A DNA stretch of 64,000 nucleotides from Lytechinus pictus (GCF_037042905.1 NC_087250.1:24120001-24184000), one strand, 5' to 3'; shown: positions 51,070-64,000, counted from the stretch's first letter. Numbers and translations are program-made. The notes: generated by a model from the sequence alone, not told the origin.

Positions 51070-52425
51070 CCCTATCTAGCCCCGGGGGGGGGGGGCTTAA
51101 TAAGCCCCCCCCCCATCCACATTTTTCACGATAAGTCCACAATGAGAAACGAGGTACCACAATTTTCTTTTTCGTTCAATTCTCGCAGAGCTTTTAGACA
51201 AAATTCGAGACGCCCAGATACGCAGTTACGCAACATTTTATGAGTTCATGTTGGACCGAAAATTGCTCAAAAATATTATTTTGTATACATATTTAATCCA
51301 ATGGAAATTCTATTTTCAGTCATAATTGACAAATGCATCATTATTCTTGCACTAATTGGTTGGAAATAATCAAATCTTGCTTTTTATAATTGGAATAGTG
51401 CCACGAAGTGATCCCATTAAAAAAAAACTATAAAATACATAAGGCCCCAAAACAAAGAAATACGTATGGAATTATAGAACCAATAAAATACATAAAAGTA
51501 GCAATTTGATTTACCATTTCTTCAGGAGCACATTTGTTTAGAAATCATAGAATTTGGGGAATTATTAAGGGATTTATCTTTAACCCTAAATAGACTGGGC
51601 TATTTCGACGCCTAAGAAGACGGGGGGGGGGGGGGGGGCTGATTCAGCCCCCCTTATGATCTTGGCCGTTGATCTCGCAATCGCGACGAAAATTGGCACG
51701 CGCGTTACCCATGGCATTATCTACAATACCATAATATCAAAATCTGCGAAAAATCTCATTGCTCATTATGTTAATTAATGCGTAAAATCATAAGTTTGCT
51801 CTAATTAACAAAATAATGCCCCTAAAATGCTCATTTTTGTTTCACTTACTCTTTATAGGCATCTGATTAAATTAATTTTTAAAAAAGTTGTCAACATCAC
51901 ATTCATTTTTTATGTATTTTATTGTTTTCTAAATTTCTTATGTATTTCCGTGTTTTTCGACTTTTTGTTTTTTATTGTTTTTTCAATGGAAATTGTCGGA
52001 GACGTTTTTTTTTACCATAAACAAGATAAAATTAATTGATTTTGAGCAGTAAAAGGAAAAATATGATACATTTTATAAATTTTGGCTAAAAACACTACTT
52101 GCATTGGATTTGTACACAAATACACGTTTTTGAGCAATTTTGGTTCTGCATGCAGTTACGAAATGTTGCGTAATTTCGGAACCCTGTACCTGGGGGTCAC
52201 AATTTTGGTCTCAAAAGTTGCGCAAGACTTGAAAGTAAAAAGTCAACGAGTGACGCGGTCAAAAAAATGTCGAGCTCCATGCTTGCAGATTACATTGATG
52301 GTGACGTGTGCATCGGTTTTCGTTGCGATCGACAGTGCATGGAGATCTGAAGAGGGGGACCAAAAAGGCCCCCCCCCCCGGGCTATGCAATCTCAAAGTA
52401 GCCCAGGATTATTATGTAGGGTAAA
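51070..52425. mobile_element. Two nested/fused piggyBac-like MITEs (A from 51070, B from 51584); rearranged mirror pieces in the left arm at 40230-40977 and 42200-44418
   Basis: TTAA|CCCTATCTAGCCC at 51066 and TTAA|CCCTAAATAGACTGGGC at 51580; similar to 12147-12921. Confidence 0.65.
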
Positions 52426-52939
52426 CCAAATTTTTAATATATTTGTTTATTTAGTAAGAGTTTACTGTAAATACACAGTATAGGCCCAGGTCCATGGTTA
52501 CCCTCCCAAATAGGATAATTTTAATCTCTATTTGGCTACTGAAAATGGAATATTTAAAGCAATGTTCTATCAAACCAAAGGTAGATAATACAGAGAAAAT
52601 ATTTCTTTAGAACACATGTATGATATAGATCTACTGTACCTTCTGAAGACGAGGCAGGAAATCAAACATGGTTGGGACAGCATCCTGTCTAAGACGAGTC
52701 ACTTGCCCAGTCCTGTCAAAGCAACCATCTTCAAAATGGTCAGAACGGAGTACAGAGCTCTTGGAGGAATTCAATGAAGCTCGCTTCATATTGACCATCC
52801 ATACTGTGTTACAGACAGTACAGGTTCAGTCCAACGGCTGAATGGGAATCTGCAGCAAATGTAAACACATGTCATAAAATCAATTACACATAATTAAGAA
52901 AATTTGACTTGTCCAAAGGACACAGATGCCCCCGCTTAA

Positions 52940-53536
52940 AGGGGAATCCAACCCAAATAAAAAATTGTTTTTATAAGGAAAAGAAAAATCAGACAAGTTG
53001 ATAGGTGAAAGTTTGAACAATATTGGACAAACAACAAGAAAGTTATGAATTTTTAAAAGTTGTAAATATTGGTAATCACTGTACCCATGGAGACCTCAAA
53101 TTGGCTGCATATGGGATGTCATAGTGATGTAAGGCAAGGACTACTCTTCCATGTACTCCAATTCATATTATGGCGAAAATGTGATTTTTTCCCAAAAGTT
53201 TTATTTCAAATTAATATTTTTCTTTCATGAGGACATAAAACAATATACTACCTGGGTTATATTTAGATTACTGCCCCAGGGGAATGGGTACTTAGGAGAA
53301 AACCACTAATCCCTGATAATAAAGTACATGGCCTATGGGAAAGTTGTCCTTGCCCCTTGTCATAATTTACTTATCCAGTTGCCAATTTGAAATCTACATA
53401 GTATTAGTGATCTCAATTTTAAAGCAGCTATAACTTTCTTATTGCTTGTCTGATTTCTTTCAAACTTTCACCATTCTGTTTAATTTATTTTTCTCCTTCC
53501 CAACACAGCATTTAATGGCCAAGGCTGGATTCCCCT
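52940..53536. mobile_element. Kolobok-like MITE, 597 bp, right arm only
   Basis: TTAA|AGGGGAATCCA...TGGATTCCCCT|TTAA; empty site cgcgTTAAgcag at about 41689 in the left arm. Confidence 0.85.
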
Positions 53537-54889
53537 TTAACGCGATCAGAAATCCATTCAATATGATTGAACTTAATATCATGCAGAAACCAATATGCAT
53601 ATATATAATTAATTAACAAATTTAGACCTTTGAACCGACTTGCATATATAATGAGATGTGACCTTTGACCTGCGTACACCGAATTCGAACTTAGCCTGTA
53701 TTTTGTGGTCATCTACCTACACACCAAAATTTTTTAAAATCCATTAAATATTTTTCGAGTTATTGCGCAGAAACCAAGTGGGGGGACGGACAGGGGCAAC
53801 GCTTACTGCCCCTTCCGGGCTTCGTCTGCTGGGGCATAAAAACTCTAGGCCTACTCAGCAGGGGCCCATTTCTCATTACCTGGACAAGTTAGTCATATAT
53901 CTTTATCTATTAAACACAGAGTTAGTTCCAATCTTACCCAAAAGGATTAACTAGAATCCATTGATATCGTCATATTGATACTATTGGTGGAACAAAAATA
54001 GCATAATTTTCAAAAAGTAAAATTATGATAAAACTTACAATTATTGTGATGAATTTGGAAATACATACTATCAAAATAATAGCAGAGGCGAAATATGCAT
54101 AAAACATACTCAAACATGCAGACATGGGCATTAAATTGCTGATAAAATGAAATTATCAGTAATTCATTTCATGACAAAAAAAAATCACATGTATGTGGAC
54201 ATTGAGATGGGTATCCCCAGATATAAAATTTGAATAGTTTAAGTAAACCATACAGGCTTTCTTCCTAAAATGATGATAATTATACAGGTTTTTAGGATTC
54301 CAAACACCATCAAAATATTATCATCATGAATAAACTCTTTAGATACCGAAACACACGATTTTATAAATTCTATGCGTATATTAGAGAGAGAAGGGTCTGA
54401 AAGCGACGAGTACGAGTCCAATTATGGATGGCCTGAAGTGGTAGAATCTTTGTCAATTCAATTATTTTACTACTTTAAAATGAATGGTTTTGTGATGTTT
54501 TACCAACACTTGTTATAATTCTGTGCATTACAATTACTATTGAATGATTTATCCCACTTGTGTACAATATAATTCATTTTCTATGAATTATTATGTAATA
54601 TTATAATTTTCGAATTTCGAGGCTCATTTGCATGTATTATGGTGTCATCTATCTAAACACCCAATTTTTAAAAAATCTGTTGAAATTTTATAAGTTATTA
54701 TGAGGATACCAACTCGCATATTTAATGACCCTGTGTAGTGGTCCACCTGCATTCCCCCAACCAGTTATCGGGAGGAGAGACCTGCGGGTCACAGTTCTGT
54801 GTGCGCGCCCTTGTAGGCGACCCAGATTGGCTGGCTCCTCCAATATGCCTTTGAATGTCTTTGACAGATATATGGTGCTATAAAAATGC

Positions 54890-55780
54890 AGTGGCGTAAC
54901 AGGCGGGGGGCAGGGGGGGGGGGGCAAGTTACCCCCCCTGGCGGATTTCACCGGGAAAATTAAAAAACAACGGGAAAAAGAAAAAAAGGAGGGAGAAAGA
55001 AAGGGAAAGGGGAAGGAAAGGGGAAAGAAAAGGAGGAAAGGGAAATGGAAAGAGAAAAGGAAAAAGACAACGAAGAAAAAACTGTTTTTAGTAAAAAAGG
55101 GAGGAAAGCGGGAAAATGTACGATAGAATTAACATTTGAAAAAGAACAAATCATTGAGAAAAGGGCCTATGTAATGCAATAGCACGGTGGGAAATAAATT
55201 AAAAGATGACAAAATGGCAAACAATAGCGGGAAACGAAGGTAGAATGTAATTAGTCAAGAGCTAAATTAGAAAACAAAGAAAAGGAACAAGAAAAAAAAT
55301 AACACGACCGGGCTGCTGATGATTGAAATTAAAGAGCGGGAAGAAAGATGGACTGCATACAACATTGTGCTATAAGTTTTCTAAATTTTATGCAAATAAG
55401 CTACCGGGGCTTTGCCCCAGACCCCACAAAGTAGGGGCTCTTCATTTATAATCTTCAAATGGCTCTATAACGCCCCCGTTCAATCACGTTCAATCACTGC
55501 CATACAGGCGGGGGGGGGGGGGGGGGGGGTCGTGGTTCCACACCCAAGAGGATATAAAAGAAATTTTATAGGAGACAACGTACATGACGTATAATGAAAT
55601 GAATAAAAACAAGGAAATGTGTTATTTGCTGATAATAATGGAAAAATCTATCACATAATTAGATTTTAATTTCAATAGGCAATTTTTTCCAGCTCGCTTT
55701 GCACACTGGCGACTTTTTACAAATTTTTCCCACATTTCTATGTTTTGCCCCCTCAAAATATTTGGTTCATTACGCAACTG
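54890..55780. mobile_element. hAT-like MITE remnant(s) with a purine-rich tract
   Basis: CAGTGGCGTAA...TTACGCAACTG termini; no matching TSD seen. Confidence 0.4.
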
Positions 55781-58700
55781 GGTTGAATAAATGTGTTGTG
55801 TAAAAGCTATATTATGCCCGCGATTTGATTAAAATTGGGGAAATCTGCAAGGTTTAAATGGCTTTGATATCAAGAAGTTCCTGGGGCTCTGCCCTGGACC
55901 CCAAACACACAGCACTGCGTATGGAAGGGTTGGGCCATGGCCCCAAAAAGTTCTACAGCCAAGAACAAAAAAAAAGGAGGAATTACCTCCTTTTTTGTTG
56001 GAAAAGTATTGTAGGATATGATTTTAATTACTGAATATGTTAAAAAATAGCTCAAAGTTAGATTCTCATGACAAGTTGATTTTTTTTCTCGCTTGCTTCG
56101 CTCGCTCAGGACTTATATATATAAAGCAGCCTTTTGGCACATGTTCTATACTGCGCTCCTCGTTGTTTTTTTGTTTTGTTTTTTACTCTTCACGCTACTG
56201 CCGCAAAGAATCCTCTTCACAGTGGCGTACAGACCACCGTGACAAAAAAGGAATCTAAAGAGAGAAGAATTAAATAAATTTATTATCTGGATATCATGTC
56301 AAAATCTATCACAAAATTGGATTTTTGTATTAAAAAGGTATTAAAAAAATTGCTCGCTCGCTTCGCTCGCTCGCAACTTTTTTTAAAGGTAAGTTCTGGC
56401 CTTCTCAAAATAGTCGCCTTACTACACCATTACGCCTATATTCATACCATGATATGACCGGGAAATTTTTGGCTCTTGCCCCCCCCCCCCTGGCCACCGA
56501 ACCCTGTTACGCCGCTGTAAAAATGCTGTGCATCATCATCATCTACCTACACACCCAAATTTTTTAAAAATCTGTTGAATATTTCATAAGATATCTTTAA
56601 GGAGCTGTGATCTTTGACCTGCATACTCCGAATTCGAACTTAGCCTGTATTGGTATCATCTACCTACACACTCAAATTTGTTTAAATATGTAGAATATTT
56701 TATAAGTAATCATGCGGAAACTAAATTGCATATTTAATGAGCCGTGAACTTTGACCTGCCGACTACGAATTCGAACTTGACCTGTATTTTGGTGTCGTCT
56801 ACCTACACACTCAAATTCGTTTAAATATGTAGAATATTTCATAAGTAATCATGCGGAAACTAAATTGCATATTTAATGAGCCGTGACCTTTGACCTGCCG
56901 ACTCCGAACTTAGCCTGTATATGGTGTCATCTACCTACACACCCTAATTTTTATAAATCTGTTGAATATTTCATAAGTCATCATGCGGAAACCAACTCGG
57001 ATATTTCATGAGCTGTGACCTTGGACCTGCAGACTCCGAATTCAAAGTTAGCCTGTACTATGGTGTCATGTACCTACACACCAATTTTTTTTAAAATCAA
57101 TATATATAAATCGAAATATATTTCGATTTATTGCGCGGAAACCAATTGGGGGGGGGGGGGCGGGCGAATCAACGGACAGGGGCAACGCTTAATGCCCCCT
57201 CCGGACTTTGTCTGCGGGGGCATAATTACCGAGGAGCTGCATTTGAAGCGAGCCTGAATCAAGGCTGTGAAATTTATTAGCGCCACCATCAGGCTTCCTT
57301 TTATTTGCGTAAAAAGAAGAGACACGCAAAGTCACTTTCTAGTCCAAACTCCAAAGTAATCAAATTTGCTTTTTTTTAAATATGATTTTGATTTAGGCCT
57401 AATTAAAAATATACTATTGACTTTTTGTATTATGGCTACTCACCGCAAAGCGCCCCGGTGAGTAGCGAGGAGTTTCGGCAAATATTAATTCTGTATTGTA
57501 ATGAAGCGATGTTTGCCAACTTCACAGAAATCCAGGGCCAAATGCAGTTCGGTGTACGAGGTTAGTACTATAGATCCATACATGTACTGTAGCAACTATA
57601 TGTAGCCACTAACCTCGAACTAGTAATGAGTGGGGCCAGGGCTACGACAACTATACTAGTACAGCAGGCGATGGTTCGTGTAAGCTCCACTACACTTCAC
57701 TACTGCTAACCTCTGCTTCACCTATACTGATTAATGGCTGGCTATACGAACCATTGCCTGAGTTTTTTAGGCCTAGTCACTCAAGGGTTCATTACATGCC
57801 GCCGCGCACAGAAAAATCAAGCAATAGAAGTTGTGTGTTGTGGACACCAGAAGTGGGATCACAGCACGCGTGACCCACTAGTTAGAAATCCATTGCCAAA
57901 CGTGGTTAATGGTGCGAGGTTATTATACTAATACTAACCTCGCAATACGCGTGAGTCACTGAGTGGAGTAGCCTAACGTTAGAGTTTCATACGGCATGTA
58001 CGGCCAGGCATCAATAACTTTTGTTGTCATCCAATTTCAATGAAATTTTCAGCATTTTGCTCGGAATGAATTTTACATTATTTATTAAGATCAAGGCCTA
58101 AATATCTTCAACCTGTATAATTCATAACCATTTTACTTTTTAGGTGTGCAGAAAAGACAAACCCCCCCCCCCCAATGGTCTGCTGACTACAGTACATAAA
58201 CTTAAATACACGGGACTAGTATTGTTACACAGCTTTTTGCAAATGCAAGTTTGGTAACGACTAACGAATTCCCATTTTTTTTTCAACGTAATTTTGAAGT
58301 CGAAAACATAGCTGAACTTACGAATGCAATGTCCGTCCACATCCTACCGATTAGAGCAGTTGTATGCAGCTCATGTAGGCATGAATAACGTGAAATCTAA
58401 GCTAATAAGTTCACCAACATGCCAATCTGAGCTGTGAAAAAGTGTGATCGTCCCGGAGCGAAAACAGCTTGAGCAAGGTGCAGCCAATCAGCGACCTTCT
58501 TATGTCCCCTTCGAGACAGAGGAGACGAAATGATTTTATGTCAAAAAGACTCAAAACACAAAATCATTTCGTCGACGAAATTTTTTTGTCTTTTGACACA
58601 AAATCATTTCGTCGACGAAATTTTTTTGTGTTTTGACACAAAATCATTTCGTCAACGAAATTTTTTTGTGGTTTTGACACAAAATGATTTCGTCGACGGA

Positions 58701-59166
58701 ATAGATTTTCGCATCGCAACGAAATAAATTTTGTGGACGCAATTACATTTAGTCTCGACGAAAATTGATTTTGTGTGACAAAAAATAATTTCGTATACGA
58801 AATAAAACTGCGTCATGACGAAATGATTTTCATATGAACAAAAACACATTTTGTGTACGGAATGGCGTGAATTGGACGGAATTTACCATCGGACATTTGG
58901 TGTGCCATTTCGTTTGATAACAATTCATTTCGTATGGCACGCCAAATAAACTTTGTGGACGCAATTACATTTCGTATAGACGAAATTGATTTCGTGCATT
59001 TCGTCGAGACGAAATTGATTTTGTGAGACAAAAAATAAATTTTGTGTACGAAATAAAAAAGCGTCATGACGAAATGATTTTCGTCTGAATAAAAACACAT
59101 TTTGTGTACGGAATGCCGTGATTTGGACGGAATTCACTGGCGGACACTTGGCGCCCCATACTTTAC

Positions 59167-59229
59167 GGTGACTACGCCAACAGTGTCAATGCCCAGGAGA
59201 TCTTCCCTGCCAAGCAAACTGAAGTCTAA
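59167..59229 (+). pseudogene. CNGK: Displaced remainder of the duplicate terminal exon (GDYANSVNAQEIFPAKQTEV*)
   Basis: Identical to 13589-13651; resumes immediately after the right TSD. Confidence 0.92.
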
Positions 59230-62200
59230 TTAATGAACAGAAAAGCTATTAGCTCTGCTTCTGAAAGCAGAGCGTCCGTTTCACCCAAAGTATTAAACGA
59301 TGGTGACAAGGGATAAACTGTCTACTGGCAGGTGCGAGCGAAAGAGATAATAAGAAAGAAATACTTGCATATTTATAGCCAATTGTGGCCTAAATACGAT
59401 GTTTCTTGTAGACATATATTATGCAATTGTGTGCATTGTATGATGGTGTGTATTCCTAATAATTCTGTAGTGAACACAGTGAATAGATAGATAGATTAGA
59501 AAACTGATGATGCATCTCTATACCCGACTGGTGTGAATATGTATGACATATCTATCAAAACAAAGTGCTTGATGACCCCAAAATTCACATATTCATGGAA
59601 TACATGTACTTATTTTCCTTGAATTCTAAACTAAAGCGAAACTTGCATACACCTATGCAAAGACAATTGGATGACTGAGTAACGAGTTGAAATGTATTCA
59701 ATTACACAGTCATTTTCAAAGCCCACTTTGTGAATGTTTGTGATGCCAAGTGTGAAATTATGAGTGAGCTATCAATTTACAGTAATATTTTATGACGCAT
59801 ATATTCCTGTAGGTTGCGATAGCGCAGTACTAGAGTTTTCCAACTCAACAATTAGGTGTTCATGTATGTGTATGCAATGCATACTTGTGCCAAATGATTC
59901 AAGGTTATTTATGACTAGGCTATTTTGTCGCCCAAACTGAGCAAATTTGGCAGCTCGATAAGGTTTGTCTCTTATATCTTGTATATGATATAATGATTTG
60001 TTCATACACGTATATCACAAATAATTCTAAAGCCATCATGAAATGACTGTGGAAGACTTATTCACATATAACAGGGTCCTTTCTAGTATCTAAAAATATG
60101 TAGAAAGAAATCAAAATATTGAACATGTCGAGTCAATGTACATCTTGCAGAAAATTATATGAAAATCGACCATCTGGTTTCTACCTTCGTCTATTTGCTT
60201 TTTTCGCTGATCGTGGCAAAACATGAATTTTAATACTATATTCAACTGACTTTTCTTTTAGGAAATTACTGTTTTCCTACATAAACATTTTGGTTGCCAA
60301 AAATTGATGTTATTACTTTATAATCACATTTTCTTTTAATCAGAATATTCTGTTTGGTGGATACGGTAATCAAATCATATATCTGGTCCATACATGATAC
60401 AACTTATGTAAACACTACCTTTGGAATTCATGATTATTATGAATATCCATTAGTTGGCTGAATATTTTTATTGTATCTTACATGTATTTTAAATGATTTG
60501 CTTCAACTTGATTTAACTTAATCTAAATACTCTATTCATTGTTGTTACCATGCATTGCAGCAGAAATGAGATTTCTTTTAATTCCTTCCTCTAAGTAAAA
60601 AAAACACAAAAAAGTCTATCAAATGTATGAATTTAACTTATAAATCTTATCTATAACCTGATGTATTTGAATGCTTAACTAGAAGATGATTGCGTGTGTA
60701 TATATATATGAATATTTCAAACCTGTAACTTTTTTCATACTGTTTTTTCAGAGTTGTTGCTTTTTAATTTTGATTTTATCAAGCAGTTTCATGTTCTGTC
60801 GTTCTACTTTATTTCAAGCTATGCGTATTGGGTTATGGTGAATGATGAGTATATTAAATTGTATTTTATCCATTTATTTTCTTCCTCCAAGAACCTCACA
60901 TCATATGATGTTAATTTCTCTAGAGATCTAAATCGTTAAACGTCAATGATCTTCATTAAATGGACAGTGAAATAGGTTTTAAAGAATTTGATTCATTTGG
61001 ACAATTAATGTATTGAGAAATGATATTAAATCTACTTTCTTTGGGGCGTGTTTATACTTGTCCAAAGAAATTCTGAATTATTTTATCTTCTTGAAATTTA
61101 GAGATTAAATTTAGTTTGTGTATTATGCCAGAGAAGATTTGTTATTTATATTGTTACAACAAAAAGTTGCTTTTGGAGAGGGATCTTCATTAGAAATGCC
61201 AGTTAAAGTATTTCATTCTTTCAGTCTGCAAAGGTGTATTTATCTTCCTAAAGTTATATTTCATTAAACTGCAATTGCTTCTTGTCAATGTATTGTTTTC
61301 TCGATTCAAATTGTAATACCAGCAATAATGTTTCATTTTTGTGTGTTCTCATGTTTCAGTTTCTATGTGTTATTATTGTAATTTCTTCTGCATAATTATG
61401 TTTGAACCAGTACTGCTTTACTTGTCATACTTCAAAATTATACATAGGACATACAGTATCATAGGTGTAGATTTTCTTGCCAACTCCTGGAAATGGGGAA
61501 CATTATATTCATCATTGTAGATATTTGTCATTTTGAAGAAATATGAATTGTATAAACATGTAGCATCATTCATTACTATTCCAAATCGCCCGAGGCTGTA
61601 GTCTAATACCTCTTGTGAAATAGAGTATAATCACCACCTCCTCAAACTATATTTCTCCCTTTGTCAATATCACTGATATGATTTTCTCTCTTTACACACA
61701 TACTTTTCTTATCACTCTTGAAGCCAAATCGTTGGGCAAAGTTTGATAATAAATATATTAAAGTAAATATTTGAGTAGACAGCTGAAAAACAATATCCTA
61801 GGTCATTTACAGAACTGTCATGCATATAACATACATATGTAGTTGATAGTAAAGATCTAAATGGTCCAAATTTCACAGAGGAGTTTTATTTTGAACCATT
61901 ATTTGGTTTAAAGAATACAAGGACATTAAATAATGTCTATCATACACTTTCTTTCAATCATTGCCTATAGGAAGCACATGGTCCCTGTAAAAAGTCAATG
62001 GGATTTTGAGAATTCTGTATCTAATGGCTCAAGCTAGTGCATTGATAATGAGAGCTTTTCACTCCTGTTTTAGTGTGTGTATTGAGAGGAATTCATCCTT
62101 TGTCAATAATTTGGACCAATTAGTCTTCAGTTACCCAAAATTATATTATACATCTTTTATTTTTTGTTTAATATATTGCTGGAATATTTGGGCCAGAGAA

Positions 62201-64000
62201 AATTGGTTTTAAGGATTTTTTTCCTGTACTGTTTCATAAAATATACTCCCTTTTCTACCATTTTATATTTCATTAGCATTGTACTATTTTTTTAACTGGT
62301 ACATAATACGTTATCTGCCTTGCGTTGAGTAAAGGAATATGGTGTTCACAAGAACATGACAAATATCTCCTAAGAATATTCCCTTCAAAAAATAATTCAA
62401 TTCCCTTTTCCTCCTTTTTGTCTCTATTCCTTTGTTTTTCTTCATTTCTCCTTTATAGCTAATTCTAGCCAAGCCCTTTTTCACCTTCATGCATAATGTA
62501 TTCATATATTTCATTCATTCATTTTCATCAGGGTGAGAACTGGGGCTTTTAGTGTATTCATTATCTATTCACAATAACTAATATAGAAAAAAGCCAAAAA
62601 CATCAAGCCAGTGTATTAGCCTATTTCACCAGTTGTTTCCTTTTCTCAAAGTTAGGCAGATACTTCTCAGACAAAAAATGGTAGTCTTATCATCAAAGAC
62701 CTTAAAACAGGGTGTTCTTTTCTCTCATTCGTGTGTATAACCTATCCTTCCCTCTTGGAATGTGCTTATTCTTGATATATTTATCTTCTGCTTGTATAAT
62801 GATATTGTCTATATCAACTGTTCATAGAGTTTTTACCTTGTATATATTAGTGTATAAAGGAAATCAATTTGTTAATCATATATCAGTTGTGCTAAGTTGT
62901 GGACTTTCAAAGAGAGTAGTTCAAAATAAAGAGATCTTATCTTATTTGTGTTGCCAATCTTATATATGCAAGCATTTCTGATGGTTTTTCATGTTTAGAT
63001 GATGATAATCAAATTTGATATATCGGAACTTACCAGGGACATTATAGTTATCGAAATTGGGCAAGAGAAGCCAAGTCGCATTTCCTGTAGTAAATGGCAG
63101 TATTGATTGCCTGACATGTCTTCTTGCAGGATAAATGGTCAGGAAATCTGGCCCTGTCTTACAAAGAGTAGTGATTGATCCACTTGAGTTTAACTATGGA
63201 AAGCCAGCGACCCCAACATCTAGAATGCATATGCTTATTGCTTTTCTAAGTAGGATGAATTCTTATGCTAGATTAAATTTGTATGCATGTGTCTTGCTTC
63301 TCAGGCTATGAAGTAGAAATTTATTATGCCAAAGAAACCTAATTATCATCATATAATTATCCCTATTGCTCACGTAGAGTAACAATCTTGTTTCTTGCAG
63401 ACATCTATTATGCAGTGAAAATAGGTTTAAGGCAGTAGGCATTAAGACTCTTGCAATTCATGTTATCCTTTATATGTGTGTATGAAATGACTAGGTGGTT
63501 TTATCCCCCCTGATCTAATTTTGGCAAGGCAGCTCAACCTATCTAATGCCCTTGACCTGAAATTGTTTCATAATGCATGAATTAAGGAAAAATCTACATA
63601 AAGATACTGTATCTTTCCTTTAACTGTACTTTGTAATCAAGATGAAATATACCCAGTTGTATGACTTGACTCATAAGCATTAATCTGTGGGAAGCAATTT
63701 GAAGTAGTTTATAAATAATATTTCATAAATTACTAAGTAACGACAAAGATCAAATTTCCACATTCATCTGATCTGTGCTATTTGATCTTCTTCAAGTAGC
63801 TTGGTCTCTGTCCTATTGTAGACCATTGATTTATTCAATAAGAAGCCAGTGATAGTTAGGCACACTTACATGTGCATTGTAACCAAATAAATTTGTCATA
63901 AGCTCTCAATACATTTTAATTGTAAAGTATAAAATTGCCTAACTGTAGAGTTAATTTGTATTCTAACATATTGTTGAATTTATTATAATTGATAGGGGCA

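Larger units (their letters stand above)
50551..58382 (-). pseudogene. Mirror copy of the THAP-domain pseudogene (right arm)
   Basis: Exons 58382-58322, 52849-52640 (VLRSDHFEDGCFDRTGQVTRLRQDAVPTMF) and 50862-50551 (EDHSYSISQSPREVKWKITAIMDCIKNLEKRLKTTHEKSRR...*). Confidence 0.8.
35596..59160. mobile_element. Giant (23,565 bp) palindromic/foldback non-autonomous DNA transposon with IS3EU-type end signature
   Basis: CTTTAC|TATGGGGCGCCAAGTGTCCGCCAGTGAATT...AATTCACTGGCGGACACTTGGCGCCCCATA|CTTTAC. The empty site GAG CTTTAC GGT is present in copy 1 (13580-13591). Left arm 35596 to about 46577 mirrors right arm about 46884-59160. Confidence 0.92.
24404..64000 (+). repeat. Tandem direct duplicate of 4051 to about 18422, interrupted by the giant insertion and continuing beyond the window
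   Basis: 24404 cagcaatgcagacgaat = 4051; colinear through all later exons and introns; 59161-64000 matches about 13583-18422 to the last base of the window. Confidence 0.95.

Noticed and set aside
35596..59160. Palindrome as a fold-back read or assembly artifact
   Set aside because: The arms differ by several independent TE insertions with their own TSDs and by duplications and substitutions, and the whole is bounded by a TSD matching the empty site. A chimeric read would give identical arms and no TSD.
35596..59160. Polinton/Maverick (similar size, 6-bp TSD)
   Set aside because: No AG...CT termini and no polB, integrase, ATPase or capsid ORFs; no long ORFs at all.

Overview
AT-rich, intron-rich, transposon-dense animal DNA; the gene and repeat content suggest an echinoderm such as a sea urchin (inference). 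(1) 659-13651 (+) holds the last 13 coding exons of a multi-repeat cyclic-nucleotide-gated K+ channel: a canonical CNBD, a long linker, then a full S1-S6 unit with a TGYGD pore, a C-linker and a degenerate CNBD. This fits the 3' end of a CNGK/TetraKCNG gene. (2) From 24404 the 3' part of the gene repeats in tandem, starting mid-exon at a breakpoint that truncates a LINE RT remnant; the copy runs past the window end. (3) The last exon of the second copy is split by a 23,565-bp insertion (35596-59160) with a perfect 6-bp target-site duplication (CTTTAC) and TATGG...CCATA termini. Almost the whole insertion is one giant imperfect palindrome with arms of about 11-12 kb. Each arm carries a decayed three-exon THAP / HCF-binding motif / coiled-coil gene resembling the N-terminus of P-element/THAP9 transposases, many nested MITEs, and signs of arm-to-arm copying. 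This foldback element is the best candidate for an undescribed system. Many small non-autonomous elements fill the introns. All alignments were read by eye; no searches were run.
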